This document shows, piece after piece, positions 10,879-22,629 of a stretch of DNA of 64,000 nucleotides. The translations under genes were made by a program, and so were the position numbers. The notes under the pieces are model-generated. The model was not told the DNA's origin, did no database searches, and saw only the letters and a list, made by a program, of their open reading frames with translations. The stretch's first letter is position 1. Each line of letters starts with the position of its first letter. Source of the DNA: Octopus sinensis (lineage: Eukaryota); assembly GCF_006345805.1 (NCBI RefSeq), contig NC_043008.1, forward strand, positions 33,604,001 through 33,668,000, written 5' to 3'.

Positions 10879-13198
10879 ATACATACATACACACACACCC
10901 TGTTGTTGTTGATTTTGAAATTTCAATGAAGGAACCTTAGATATAGATTAGAAACCGACTGTTTCTCTATTGGCAGGAAATCTTGAAATAAAACTGAACA
11001 AGAGAGCACAAACTTCCGACAAGGCAACACCAACGTCCTCTCAACGATTAACCAGAGATGATTTTTAAAATTAGAATATCTGAAATAAACTCGACTACTC
11101 CCACAAATGAGAATGCTAAAAATGAACCTCTCAAAAATTAAGTAAAAAAAAAAAAAAAAGAAAAATCATCCAGAATCCTTGTCCGATACCGGATCGATCC
11201 CAAAATCTAATCCTTTCGTGCCAGTCACGAGGCCAAACATCTCTCTGAAAGTTTCATTCGAATCCATCCAACATATATAAATATACATAAAAAAATGTCA
11301 ATCACAAATATATGCATTATTGGCATTATAACTGTCATTGAATTCAACAAAATCTCTTTGGAACACATAAGTTCACTTTGCAAATCAAACACAATAATGA
11401 AACATTAAAAATATAAAAGAAACAAGGGAGGTAACTCCAATAAAATTTTGATAGGAAGAATAGAAGACGGAAATAGGTTTTATTGAATAAATCGAGGTTT
11501 GAATTTTGTTGGCCCCTCCCTATCAATGTAATCTGACCGATCAATCAGATTTATTAAAAACGTTTCAGCTGTTACCATTACGTCTTTTTTTTTTAGATTG
11601 TGTATCTTTTAGAGAGTGTAATTTTTAGATAGTGTATGTTTATATATTTTTATGGCTAAATCACAGAGTGAAAGGGAGCATCAAGATATCTTGTTCATCC
11701 TTAAACAGAAGACCTAGTCCCTCTACTCGCATCAGACTAGACTATTAAATATATCTAGGACTTCATTATTAAATTTGTCTTTTCTTGTTGGTACTGCTGC
11801 TGTTGCTATTAATGAGGTTTATTATTGCCACGTCAGTCCCAGTTGGGAAAACTTACGAATAAAAGCATTCCAACTGTGACTATTCCATTCTCTCAGTCTG
11901 TCTAATCGACCAACCCACGCCACCAAAAATTTTAACCTTGTGCCTTTGTAAGGAATCAGAAATCACGACACTGGATCACAGTAGATTGTTAAAATCGAGT
12001 GACAGAGTTCAAATCCAATCAACTTTGCCCTCCATCCTTTTGTGTCCGTCAAAAAGGTCAATATAATCTAGTATCTCATTCTATAAAGTTTCTGACCTAT
12101 CACTTATGTTATAAATAATTATTTGGACATTAAAATGGTAGAATCGTTAGTATTCGACAACATGCATCGCAGAATTTAATTATGTCTATTTTACGTTCCC
12201 AGTTCAAATCTGGCAGAGGGCAACTTTGCCTTCCTTTTGGGGTCGATAAAATAACTATCAGTTAAGTTCAGAGATCAATTTAGTGGACAAACCCCACTCA
12301 AATTTTGTCATAATGCTTATGTTAGAAACGATTATTGTTGCAAACCTTCCCCTAAATTTGTGACGATATGGCTATGTTAGAATAAGTAATTTTCATTAGA
12401 CACGAGTAAGATAGAAAGTGCTGAGCCCTAGGTTACATGTTTGTTGTTTAGTGTTTGAATCACAGCGGAATTCCATTTATTATTTATCGTTTTGAAATCG
12501 ATCAAATTAGCACGAGTTGTTGTATTACCGTATTAATTATTGTCATATAGCATCACGTCACTTGCAATCGAGCATACATCTCATCAAAGGCATTCAACTG
12601 TAAACGTCTTTACTTTTTCTTTTCTCTATATAATCCGATTTCGCTTCTGATCAAATTCAGCTAGAATGAGATAAGATCAGCTCTAGTGTACATTATCCAA
12701 TATGACACTTCTTTTTAAGACGCAGGTGTGTAATTTCAGGAAGTTTTGCATGCTCTGTTGAAGCAGTTGAGCAAACACGTAGAAAAACGCGTGTAAGCTC
12801 TCAAATAAACACTAGTAATGCATTGGTATAAGGACATAATTAAATGCAAAAAATGTAATCCATCCAATGTCTTACTTATTCAGCCAATCTGATGCTCTTT
12901 TGCTTTGTTGTAAATAGTAATAACGGCTTCAAATTTTGGCACAAGGCCAGCAATTACGGGTGGAGGGGCAAGCTGATTATATCAACCCGAAATTATTTCA
13001 TCGACCCAGAAAGGATAAAATATAAAATTTGAACACAGAACGTAAAGACAGACGACATGCCGCCAAGCATTTTTCCCGGCGTCCACACGATTTTGCCAGT
13101 TTGCCGCCAAATAGCATCACTAATATATTGAAGATTAATCAATCGACTGTAAACTTGACCAACATATCTACCTACGTCTTCACATCAATAAGCCACAT

Positions 13199-13588
13199 AG
13201 GCGTGGCGGTGTGGTAAGAAGCTTGCTTCCCAACTACATCGTTCCAGGTTCAGTTCCACAGGTGGCACCTTGGACAAATGTCTTCTACTATAGCCCCGTG
13301 CCGTCCAAAGACTTGTGAATGAATTTGGTAAACAGAAACTGAAAGTAGCCTGTCGTGTATATATATATCTGTGTGTGTGTCTTTGTGTTTGTATTTTCCC
13401 CCACCACCGCTTGACAACTGATGTTGGTTTGTTCACGTCCTCGAAGTCTAGCGGTTCGGCAAATTATATCGATAAACAAGCTCTAAAACAAATAAGTCCC
13501 GAGGGTCGATCGATTTGTTCGACTAAAACCATTCAGGTCGGTGCTCCAGCATGGCCGCAGTCAAATGACTGAAACAAGTAAAAAAAAA
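13199..13588 (+). mobile_element. SINE family A, full length
   Basis: Complete head, (TA)/(TG) core and GAAACAAGTAAAA tail. Confidence 0.9.
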
Positions 13589-14139
13589 TTATCACAGTTA
13601 GAACTCGCTTGATTTGAAAGTAAAAAAAAATCTGAATACATAATACATCCATACAAACACATACATACATACATTTTTATGGGCTATAAAAATCTGCAAG
13701 AACTTAAGATTTAAAGGGTGATTAACAAAACGAGAGGCTTTCCTTTACAACCTCTTCTACCAAGGAGGTGGACGTTCAAAATTTATTCTAAATCAAAAAG
13801 AGAAAGACACACACACACGCATTGATTTGTTAAGGTAGAACATAAGGGTTGATTTTGCTTGAATTTTAAGAATAAGATTACAGCGTAAGAACAGCCCAGT
13901 GTTATCTACCTTTCTAGTAAAAAATAAGAATTATTTGGTCTCATTTTTTGTCAACTTACAAAGTACACTAAATATTGGTTTCAAATTTTGGCTCGTGGCC
14001 AGCAATTTCGGGTGAGGGGTAAGTCAATTACATCGTCCTCAATGTTCAACTGGTATTTATTCTATCGACTCTGAAAGCATGAAAGGTAAAGTCGACCACA
14101 GCAAAACTTGAACTCAGAACGTGAAGACGGACGAATTAC

Positions 14140-14306
14140 CTATTTCTTTACTACCCACAAGGGGCTAAACACAGAAAGGACAAACAAGGACAGACAAACG
14201 GATTAAGTCGATTATATCGACCCCATTGCGTAACTGGTACTTATTTAATCGACCCCGAAAGGACGAAAGGCAAAGTCGGCCTCTGCGGAATTTGAACCCA
14301 GAACGT
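14140..14306 (-). mobile_element. SINE family B, directly adjacent to a second family-B copy (13975-14135)
   Basis: Reverse complement of the 3686-3920 element. Confidence 0.85.
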
Positions 14307-14649
14307 AAGGTCACATAAAAGCTGAATGCCCTCCTCTTCTCGCGACGTCGTGTATGAGCGAGAAGGAGCCAAAGAATTAGGAGGCTGAAGAGAAGGAGGG
14401 ATGGAATGCAGCATCAAAAAAGCGGAAGAGAAGGAAAAGAAAGAAACCGAGGCGAAAATGTGAACCCCTGCCCTACGCCCACCCATCTCCCTACCTGCCC
14501 CACGCCGTCCCAGCTTCCCACTGCAGTCACCAACCCTACCCGCCCCTCCTAATACAGACAAACACACAGGACCCCGAAATTCCCCCATCCCCACCCCAAA
14601 AAGAAAAAATGTATGCTATTTTGTATAGCAAAAAAATTAGAGGGGAAAT

Positions 14650-16210
14650 AAACTCACAAGTGTCAGTAGACGTTTCAAATAACGGATGGCCCGAATACGT
14701 TGAATGTGCCATTGTAAGCAACGAAGAGAGGATTACACTGAAGAAAAGATTCAGGAAGGAGATCGTGGACTTAGAAAAAGAGATAGATGCAAGTAAGCTA
14801 CCACCAAAAGTGGCCTTTCATCACCTTGTACTCAATAACTAATTGTAACGAATTAATGTTTTAAAAAAAGTGTGTCGCTCGATGTGGGGTCGAGTGGCCT
14901 TCATTCCGTTTTTTATCATTCATATCCATCTTTTCCATTCGTTTTTCTTTTTTTCCTCCACTTATATGTTTGTCTGTCCTTGTATCGTCCCTCTTTGTAG
15001 GCCCATGTGGGTAATAAATAATAATCTTGTAAATAGTTCCAGCAATACCAACAGCAATGCTTTTCTACCGTTAGGGCATCCAGAATGTCGTGCATGAAGT
15101 TGATAATGGTTTTCTAAGTTATCTGACATATCAGGATTGTTGGTTGCACAACATATATATTTTCCGTTACTATAACTTTTTACAAACTGAAATAAATAGT
15201 TATACGAGGTGGTATCGTATGACGGTAGGTTTTTGATCCATTGAATCATGTGGCACTTCTGTCACTGGTTCACCGACCAGAGCTTGTCCATCGACAAGAC
15301 ACTTTATTCTCTGAGAATTTTTTGGGATGATTCATTTGATAGTTTCACTTAATTTTTCAGCACTTTAAAAGGTTTCTTTATTTCTGCTGTAGCTGTTCTT
15401 CCAGCTGCTTTATAACATATACGGTATTTCTCTAGTAGTATTTACTGGATCTACTTGCGTTTAACAAAATTATTTTCTGCACATAATCACATTAAGTAGT
15501 CAAAATCTCACAAAGCAGTCAATAGTGTACTGCTATCTATGTACGTTTTGAACTCGTGATCATTTGTCAAGCCAGACAATATCTTTATGACGTGAGATAA
15601 TTGCTCTACCTCGGATTTTATTTCTTCATATCTACAAGAACACATTGATACACGTTGAGATTTAACTGCTCAAGAGATTTGTTGACCGATCGCTTTCAAA
15701 GAGCCCATGTCGTTTGCGATCAGCCAATGGAAAGTCGCAGAAAATCTGAATAGTTTTTAAGGCACCGTGGATTGGTTGAACAGCAGTCATTGTTTTCCGG
15801 GTAGCAAAATTTTGGAGCTGCTCATAATAATGGATAGAGATGGTAAGTGAAGAACACTTTAATATTGTTGCCTAACTTCTATAAATACCGTTCATGTTTG
15901 CTGTATGACCAGAAAATACCCGACAATTTTGTCAAGTTTCAGCTTTAGCTCTCAAAGTACATTTTTTCACTAACTCATAAAAAAAAAAAGAAACAAAAAC
16001 ATTTCGTTCTGCAGAGCTCGCTGCATAAATTCAAACACGAGACTCACTGATTTTTCAGGGATGAATATAATGCATATTGAAATTTGATAAACCTTGCTCA
16101 CATTTAATTTACATCAACGATAATGGAATTTCCTGAACACTTCTTCGCATCATTTGCTATAATGCCTAACACCCATAGTATCAAGATTTCATTTTGGACA
16201 TTAGGTAAGG
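14650..16210 (-). pseudogene. Degraded hAT transposase (ZMYM1-like / DUF4371 type)
   Basis: The - strand, with many stops and frameshifts, gives VQNEILILWVLGIIANDAKKCSGNSIIVD (about 16110-16200), CRYEEIKSEVEQLSHVIKILSGL...KTYIDSSTLLTAL (about 15520-15640) and DGQALVGE (about 15270-15290), in the expected order. Confidence 0.6.
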
Positions 16211-16718
16211 TCTAAAATTCCTGCAAGTTACTAAGTTGATGTTCTCTCTCTCTCTTCTTATTACGCGTATATTTTTTAATATTTTTTCTCCGTATATAGG
16301 CTAGAAGCCACTTAACTATTTATGTCATACTCTTTGCAGTGTGCAGAAACGGTTGCAGGAAAAAGAGCCACAGAAAAAAAAAAAGAAGCAATTTTAGCCA
16401 CGACAAAAAGTTCACATTTTATTTAAATATTGAGATGCAGCAAGGATTTTTGTCAGTGAACAGGTCGCGGATTTTAGCGACGAAAATATTTTGACAAATT
16501 AAACTTAAATGTTGAAGTGAATCGAACGGCTTTTGTGTTTCTTAAATGGCTTACAAACACCTTCCACGCTGCAATTGTTTTCGTTCCAGCACACGATCTC
16601 AGATCAAATAACTTGCTATGCGAGTACATCTCCGTAATATTTAAATATTATAAATAATTAAAGCAATAAAAATTTTAATCAGTTATTAACTGATAGTACC
16701 TGACTTCTACACAATTTG

Positions 16719-17129
16719 GGATCTTTTCGGTTTGAACGGCAGTTTTTTCTAGCGGTGTCATATGAAATTGTCACCCATAATTATGACCCTAATATCGATC
16801 TATTGCATTTCAATCTATTTTAGGGTTAGGGGTGGGGGGAAGGGTATCTTTTTTTCTTCACAAATGTAAATAAACCCAATCTGTTTCTTAAACGAGGAAC
16901 ATATTCATACGGCACAGAATGTTTATAACCTCAATGGACGTCATTGATTGGTTGAAATTGCAGAAATTGAAGAAGAAAAACAACAAATATCTTACAAACT
17001 ATGGAATTTTCTCAATAAAGCCAAGAGAAAGAGATGTTTTATAAACACATTCAACCAGTATACGAAGTTTAAAATATTTTAGTTACCTAGAAATTATGTT
17101 AAAAACAGCCGTTCAAACCGAAAAGATCC
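16719..17129. mobile_element. Merlin-like MITE with 9-bp TSD CACAATTTG
   Basis: GGATCTTTTCGGTTTGAACGGC ends; TSD at 16710-16718 and 17130-17138. Confidence 0.9.
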
Positions 17130-17520
17130 CACAATTTGTATATGGTGGCGTTATTAATATAACCCCACACACCTTTTATTCAATTAAAAAAAAAAAAAAA
17201 TGATAATCAGTCATTGACAATACATGACGTGTGAAGGTTAAGAAAACTTTACATAGTATCCTGGCTTTATATACATACTTCGTACTGTTAATGCTGATGA
17301 CAAAGCCGAATATTTCAGCCATCATGAAGAAATTCTGTCACAGCTTCGTGGATCTTCCTTTTTTTCTTTTTCTTTACTTCGACTTTTTTCCTATATACTT
17401 TTACGCAGAGTCCAACAGGGATTGAATCTTTGGTAAGAGGAAGCTCGAACCAACGCGCTTGATATAGTAGTCGAATCACTCTCAAACTGCATTATTTATT
17501 ACGGCCGGGTTTCAATCTGA

Positions 17521-17835
17521 GGTACTACTAGCGAACAGTGGTCCCGATGCGCGCATCCGCGCTAGCTAGTCGTAAGTAGTCGATCCTACAACGACTTGCG
17601 CGTATGGTTGTATTTCAAGGCTGAATACATATCAAAGAAAATTAAATGATATTTTTCGAACGAAGTAAATAAAACGCAAAGTAAATAACTTTTAAAACTA
17701 AGTAAATAAATTATTTTTATAAACAAACTAAGGTTAGGTTTAGGGTTAAAAAGTCGTTGTAGGATCGACTACTTACGACTAGCTAGCACGGATGCGCGAG
17801 TGCGCGCACCGGGACCACTGTTCGCTAGTAGTACC
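17521..17835. mobile_element. MITE with about 80-bp TIRs (GGTACTACTAGCGAAC) and 9-bp TSD TCAATCTGA
   Basis: TIRs at 17521-17597 and 17751-17835 (one 8-nt indel); TSD at 17512-17520 and 17836-17844. Confidence 0.9.
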
Positions 17836-18329
17836 TCAATCTGAGCCGCCACACTTTTCGGTCCATCATCACTGCCTGGATACATTCCAGGCAATTCTGT
17901 GTCTGCAATCAAGATATCGATGTAAATGTGACAATGTTTTCTTCTTCTTACATCACCACTACGAGGAATCGCCCTAATGGCTACAACGAGCATAAGCACT
18001 TCTAAATGAAACTTCGTTCATGTCCTTGAGAAAGGCATAAATGTCACAACTTCTCCCATTGTCTCACTACCTAAAATTCTGAAACATTGAACTTAACCTA
18101 AAGCAAATCGCCTTTCGACAAGGTTCTGATATGAAATATTTGCAAGTTTTGACCCCAGTTCTTTAACAATAGATGACACTAGATAATACAGTTGATCTAT
18201 TATATGATAATCTTTAAAATTTCCATACTCAAAACCGAAGTTAATGCCTAGCTAAACGCACACATACAAATATTTAAGATGCAATCTTCCTACATCACTA
18301 GACTAATTTGGATGCTCCCAGTTGAGGGT

Positions 18330-18630
18330 TGAGCACGCAGTAACCAGATAGTCGCAGACGTCTTTGCCTGGTCTTCTTGCTAACTTTCAGCAGGTCTCCA
18401 TAAATGTATTCGTTTGTCATATGATGCTGCTATTTCACATTTAGGGCCATTCATCGCATCCCTGTCTAGCATTCATTTAGCCCGTTTGATAACTTCTTTG
18501 TCAGTGTCCATGTTTCATTTCCATATAATAGCACTGATTCGACAGTTGCAATGAACAGCTTGATTTAGATTTGCCTGGGCATTTTGGAGATCCATACCTT
18601 CTTTAGTCTGTCACTGAGTCTTGGACATTT
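18330..18630 (-). mobile_element. RTE-clade LINE ORF2 C-terminal fragment
   Basis: LKKVWISKMPRQI*IKLFIATVESVLLYGNETWTLTKK on the - strand. Confidence 0.75.
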
Positions 18631-18640
18631 ACTCCCCATG

Positions 18641-18777
18641 GACACTTACCCCTGAGGACAACAGATGATGGTTTGCAACTTAATAAATTAGGGGATAATT
18701 AACCCGGGGTGGGGGATTGTTTTAGGGGGTAGTTGTCGTCGTGGGTAATTGTCCTCAGGGGTGGGGGTAATTATCCT
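18641..18777. mobile_element. Small palindromic element (ACCCCTGAGGACAA inverted arms, TTAGGGG inside)
   Basis: GGACACTTACCCCTGAGGACAA ... TTGTCCTCAGGGGTGGGGGTAATTATCC; no TSD found. Confidence 0.45.
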
Positions 18778-19207
18778 GATACGCTGTCGCTGGCTGTCCT
18801 TACTTGTGCCTTCCGAACTGTTGGCAAACCTTCCACAACTCCTCAAACTGCATGCTCGATTTTGGAAAATGGTGGAATGATACAGCAGATGTTGTAGTCC
18901 CAAGTATCCATAAAAATAAGACGGCCACATCTAAAGAGTGTTATCTCATAGGTTTGCTCCATCGATGTGATTAATTAGCAACAATAGAAACTAAATTGAA
19001 ATCTCGCAAGCTAAAGAGGGCGTCTTGACACGTTTGCTTGACATTTGCAAATCTTCAAATCATACCCTACCATGTTAAAAGAAAAAGACATCATTCTTAT
19101 ACGGATCTGTATGTTTTAAGCACTGCAGATTATATAATAATAATAAAAAAGAGAGGTGGAATCGCTCCTTTATTTTCCCTCATGTTTCCAGTTTTGACAG
19201 TCTTTAC

Positions 19208-19277
19208 CTTTTGTTTGTTTCATTCATTGGACTGCGGCCATGCTAGGACACCGCCTTGAGTTTTAGTCGAACGAATC

Positions 19278-19336
<59 letters not shown>

Positions 19337-19455
19337 AGGTTCTTGGATTCTTTCCATCTACTTAATCACAAGGCTTTGGTCGGCCCGCGCTATAGCAAGA
19401 AACTGAACCCGCAACCCATGTGGTTGGAAAGCAAAATTCTTACTACACAGCCGTA
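19208..19455 (-). mobile_element. SINE family A, internally deleted, (TA)n core
   Basis: Tail and head motifs in reverse orientation. Confidence 0.8.
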
Positions 19456-20042
19456 CCTGAAGCTTTCCCCCCACCCTCAGATATATATTTTAATCATCTG
19501 AGATTTTGATTCTTCAAATTTATGTGTAATATAAATCTGAAAAATTTCTGACATATATGTCAAAAGTGAACATTTATGGAAAGGCGTGCGAGGAGTGGGG
19601 GATTTTTCGCCACGCTTCTTTTTACAGATTTGTAATCTAGGGTGATTAAAACTTACGATCTGACGAAATTACTCTTTTTGTTGCACTAGATACGTTAATT
19701 TCCGGAATAGGATTGTCAGAGAAAACGCAATTGGATGCACATCGGCCCTAGATATGCAATGCATAAAAAAAAAAAAAAAAAAAAAAAACGGCTGGAGCTA
19801 CTTTAATTCTAGATCTGCTCGGTCAGGGTCAAATAATCAACAAAAAAATAATAAAACAAATAAAATAACAAATAAACATCGTGTAGCCAGATAAACCTTA
19901 TCTAAATCACTTAAATTTATCGTCTATTCATAACAAACAAATAATTTTGAGAGAAAATCTTTTTGTGCCTGAAACGAAAGATAGATATTAGTGCACAAGC
20001 CGTTCTGCGTAAGAGAATTCACAGCGATTTCGTTTCAGTTTC

Positions 20043-20136
20043 GGCACTACTTAAATACAGAGGTCCCGTAAAATTAGGGTTAGTTTTAGGGTTGGTTAGG
20101 GTTAGCTCTTAGGGATCTCTATGTTTAAGGAGTATC
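20043..20136. mobile_element. 94-bp MITE consisting of TIRs around a TTAGGG-type tract, 8-bp TSD TCAGTTTC
   Basis: TSD at 20035-20042 and 20137-20144; imperfect arms of about 25 bp. Confidence 0.75.
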
Positions 20137-20444
20137 TCAGTTTCTATTTGGATCATTTACTTATTTCATAAATGCTCTTTAAAAAAGCATACATCCCGCC
20201 TCTTCTACTCTTATCGCACAAAATCTCATTCATATGATGAACATAATGACAATAGTATATATCTAAAACTTCAATTAATCGATTTTTTCTCAGTATAATT
20301 TAGAATAATAAACCGTAAATTTTATGAACAAAGAGACAGAATTAATTAAAATGTTACACTTTGTAATGCGAATTGATCAACCAAATGCTGAATAGCGCGG
20401 CGAGAGGAGAAACTAAGTATGAAGAGTCAACACCTGTGTTGTCG

Positions 20445-20800
20445 TTTTATCTGTTTGTCATTGGACCGCGGCCATATTGGAGCATTGCCTTGAGTTTTAG
20501 TTGAACAAATCGTATTTGTATGTTTTAGAGTTTGGTACTTATTCTATTGTTTTCTTTTGCCGAATCGCTAAGTTATGGGGACAAGCACAAAGAGATACAC
20601 ACGCACACATATAATAAATATATACACACACAACAGACTTCCACACAGTTTCTATCTACCAAATTCATTCACAAGGCTTTGATCAGTCTAAGCCTTAGAC
20701 TGTATGGCTATAGTAGAAGACACCTATACAAGGTGCAGCACAGTGGGGACTCGACCCGAAACCACGTGGTCGCAAAGTGAACTTGTTAGCCATGTCTGCA
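20445..20800 (-). mobile_element. SINE family A
   Basis: Reverse-orientation tail, core and head. Confidence 0.8.
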
Positions 20801-21486
20801 CCAGTATGTACATATGCGTATATGTATTAGTATATTTGTCAAATATGTGACCAAGCACCATAACAAGAATTCGTCGATTACGTTCTGAGTTTAAAAACTA
20901 CCTTTGATATTTCAGTGATCAATAAATATAGGTATCCAGTACATACTGGGTTCGTTTCAATTGGCTATACCCCTTTCCTTCAAATTTGTGGTCATGCACA
21001 GTTACAAGAAATCCTTATTTTATTGAATATGCTGGTGAAGTGAGAGCAACGGTTGCACGAGAATATAAATTGTCTTGTACTATTTTGTTACATCCCGAAA
21101 AGTTTTGGTTTCAAGTCCTGTGGGTTTGAATTCGCGTTTTTAAACCTCCGAAGTCAATACCTGTAATTCAAAAGGAAGTTGATTTAAATGACTGTTCTCT
21201 ACTCTACAAACGTAGAAAGAAAATATTCCTCTATTGGCTTTAAAGTTTAGAGTAACATAATATAATGACCGATTTCGTTTATGTTTGCATTAAATTGCGA
21301 AACACCAAAGAAAAAGCCCTACTAACAGTTGTCGGATCAAAAGGGTGGTGGATAAGGGGAGCTTTGGAAACGAGGCTGCTTCATTTATACTAAAGAAGCC
21401 GTGCCACAGAGCTGATCTGTCAACATGCAAGGTCTATTGGGAAAGTTCAAATTCCTTATATGATTCCTGCGTGTATCCTTTGCCGA

Positions 21487-21597
21487 TGTACATAGGTGAT
21501 GTATGTATAGTGCGTAGATACTACTTCGTTGGATCACGTAGCTGATAATTTTTGATGAAGCTCTTCGTGCCAGCATGGACTGTTTCTGAAGTGTACA
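21487..21597 (+). ncRNA. Candidate box C/D snoRNA (orphan)
   Basis: Terminal stem TGTACAT/GTGTACA; box C GTGATGT 21496-21502; D' CTGA 21542-21545; C' TTGATGA 21552-21558; D CTGA 21586-21589. Confidence 0.35.
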
Positions 21598-22106
21598 GAA
21601 AGGGAGAAAGCCTTAAGCAAGAGGTGGGAGAGCGCTGATTAATATGATTCATTGATCCTACTTAAACAAACCATTACCACCTACCACGAGGTATAGCATT
21701 CATCTCCATTAGCTCCCACAGTTTAAGTTTCGAAGAGTCAATTTGGTGTTGTGTGTATCGATACACAAGTGTAGTATACATTAAAAACGAGCATGATTGA
21801 ATTCTCATCGAATTACAATAATTTCTTTCAACTGAGTTATAACAAATGATCTTTTTAAAAAATATATATTATTGAACATAATGAAAACACCTTTGGTTTT
21901 GGGGAAATAATAAATACAAATTGGATAGTGTTTGAAATTACTATCATTATCATTAATAATAATAATACAATTTACATAAATATTCAAGGCGGTAACCTTT
22001 GTTGACCTGACCTCTGTGTGTGTAGTTGTATGTACTATTTCTGAAAGTGTTTGTATTAAAGGTAAAAACCAAAAATTGATATTGTAATTCAGGTAGTGAC
22101 ATTTGG

Positions 22107-22122
22107 TGACCTCTGTTGACCT
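22107..22122 (-). promoter_or_regulatory. Nuclear-receptor DR4 element
   Basis: TGACCT-ctgt-TGACCT, i.e. AGGTCA-N4-AGGTCA on the - strand, with both half-sites perfect. Confidence 0.45.
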
Positions 22123-22144
22123 CTTCTTTGGTTCGAGGCTACAT

Positions 22145-22155
22145 TTCCGGAAGTG
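22145..22155. promoter_or_regulatory. ETS-family site
   Basis: CCGGAAGTG at 22147-22155, within the palindrome TTCCGGAA, next to the UPR element. Confidence 0.55.
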
Positions 22156-22167
22156 TACGTTGTAAAT

Positions 22168-22181
22168 TGACGTGGACCAAT
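22168..22181. promoter_or_regulatory. Overlapping UPRE (TGACGTGG) and ERSE-II (ATTGG-N-CCACG on the - strand)
   Basis: The sequence is TGACGTGGACCAAT. 22168-22175 is the UPRE core; the reverse complement of 22171-22181 is ATTGGTCCACG. It lies about 300 bp upstream of an ER chaperone gene. Confidence 0.75.
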
Positions 22182-22477
22182 GAGAGTTGGCCAACACAGC
22201 AGAGAGAAGTTACGGTGGAGCCATTGCTGCAACTCTCTCTCTCTACATTAAGCAAAGAGCTATTAATCAGCTGTACATTCCTATGATAGTTGGCACTTGC
22301 CGGCTGTCTTTCTTTCTTTCTGTAGAGAAAATAGACAGCTCATTATCACATACTATAAATTAACCTGCATTTCACTTAGCAAGTAAATCTTTTCTACTTT
22401 CTTCCTCTACCCTAATTTTTTCCGTCTTCTCCACTGCTCAACAAGACTACAACATATAGTATACATATACTACCACA

Positions 22478-22629
22478 ATGCTTCCTTCAAAGTTATTATT
22501 TCTGGTCGCGCTGTTCGTATTTGCAACCGGCGTGAATGTCAAAAGCGATGTTCTGGACCTGAAAGACAGCAACTTCAAGAACAAAGTCGCTGACCATGAT
22601 ATCATTTTAGTGGAATTCTTCGCGCCATG
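22478..22629 (+). CDS. PDIA3: PDIA3 exon 1 (signal peptide to EFFAPW)
   Basis: ATG at 22478; MLPSKLLF...[27 protein letters not shown](W); donor TG|GTAAGA. Confidence 0.96.

Noticed and set aside
11555-11600. GAAACGTT hammerhead-like half motif (- strand)
   Set aside because: No upstream CUGANGA and no complete stem II.
14609-14842. 77-aa protein-looking ORF
   Set aside because: No recognisable domain or splice context; it overlaps the antisense of the presumed hAT relic.
21440-21510. HRQRIHAG on the - strand resembling a C2H2 zinc-finger linker
   Set aside because: No upstream CxxC, immediate stop codon and no tandem fingers.
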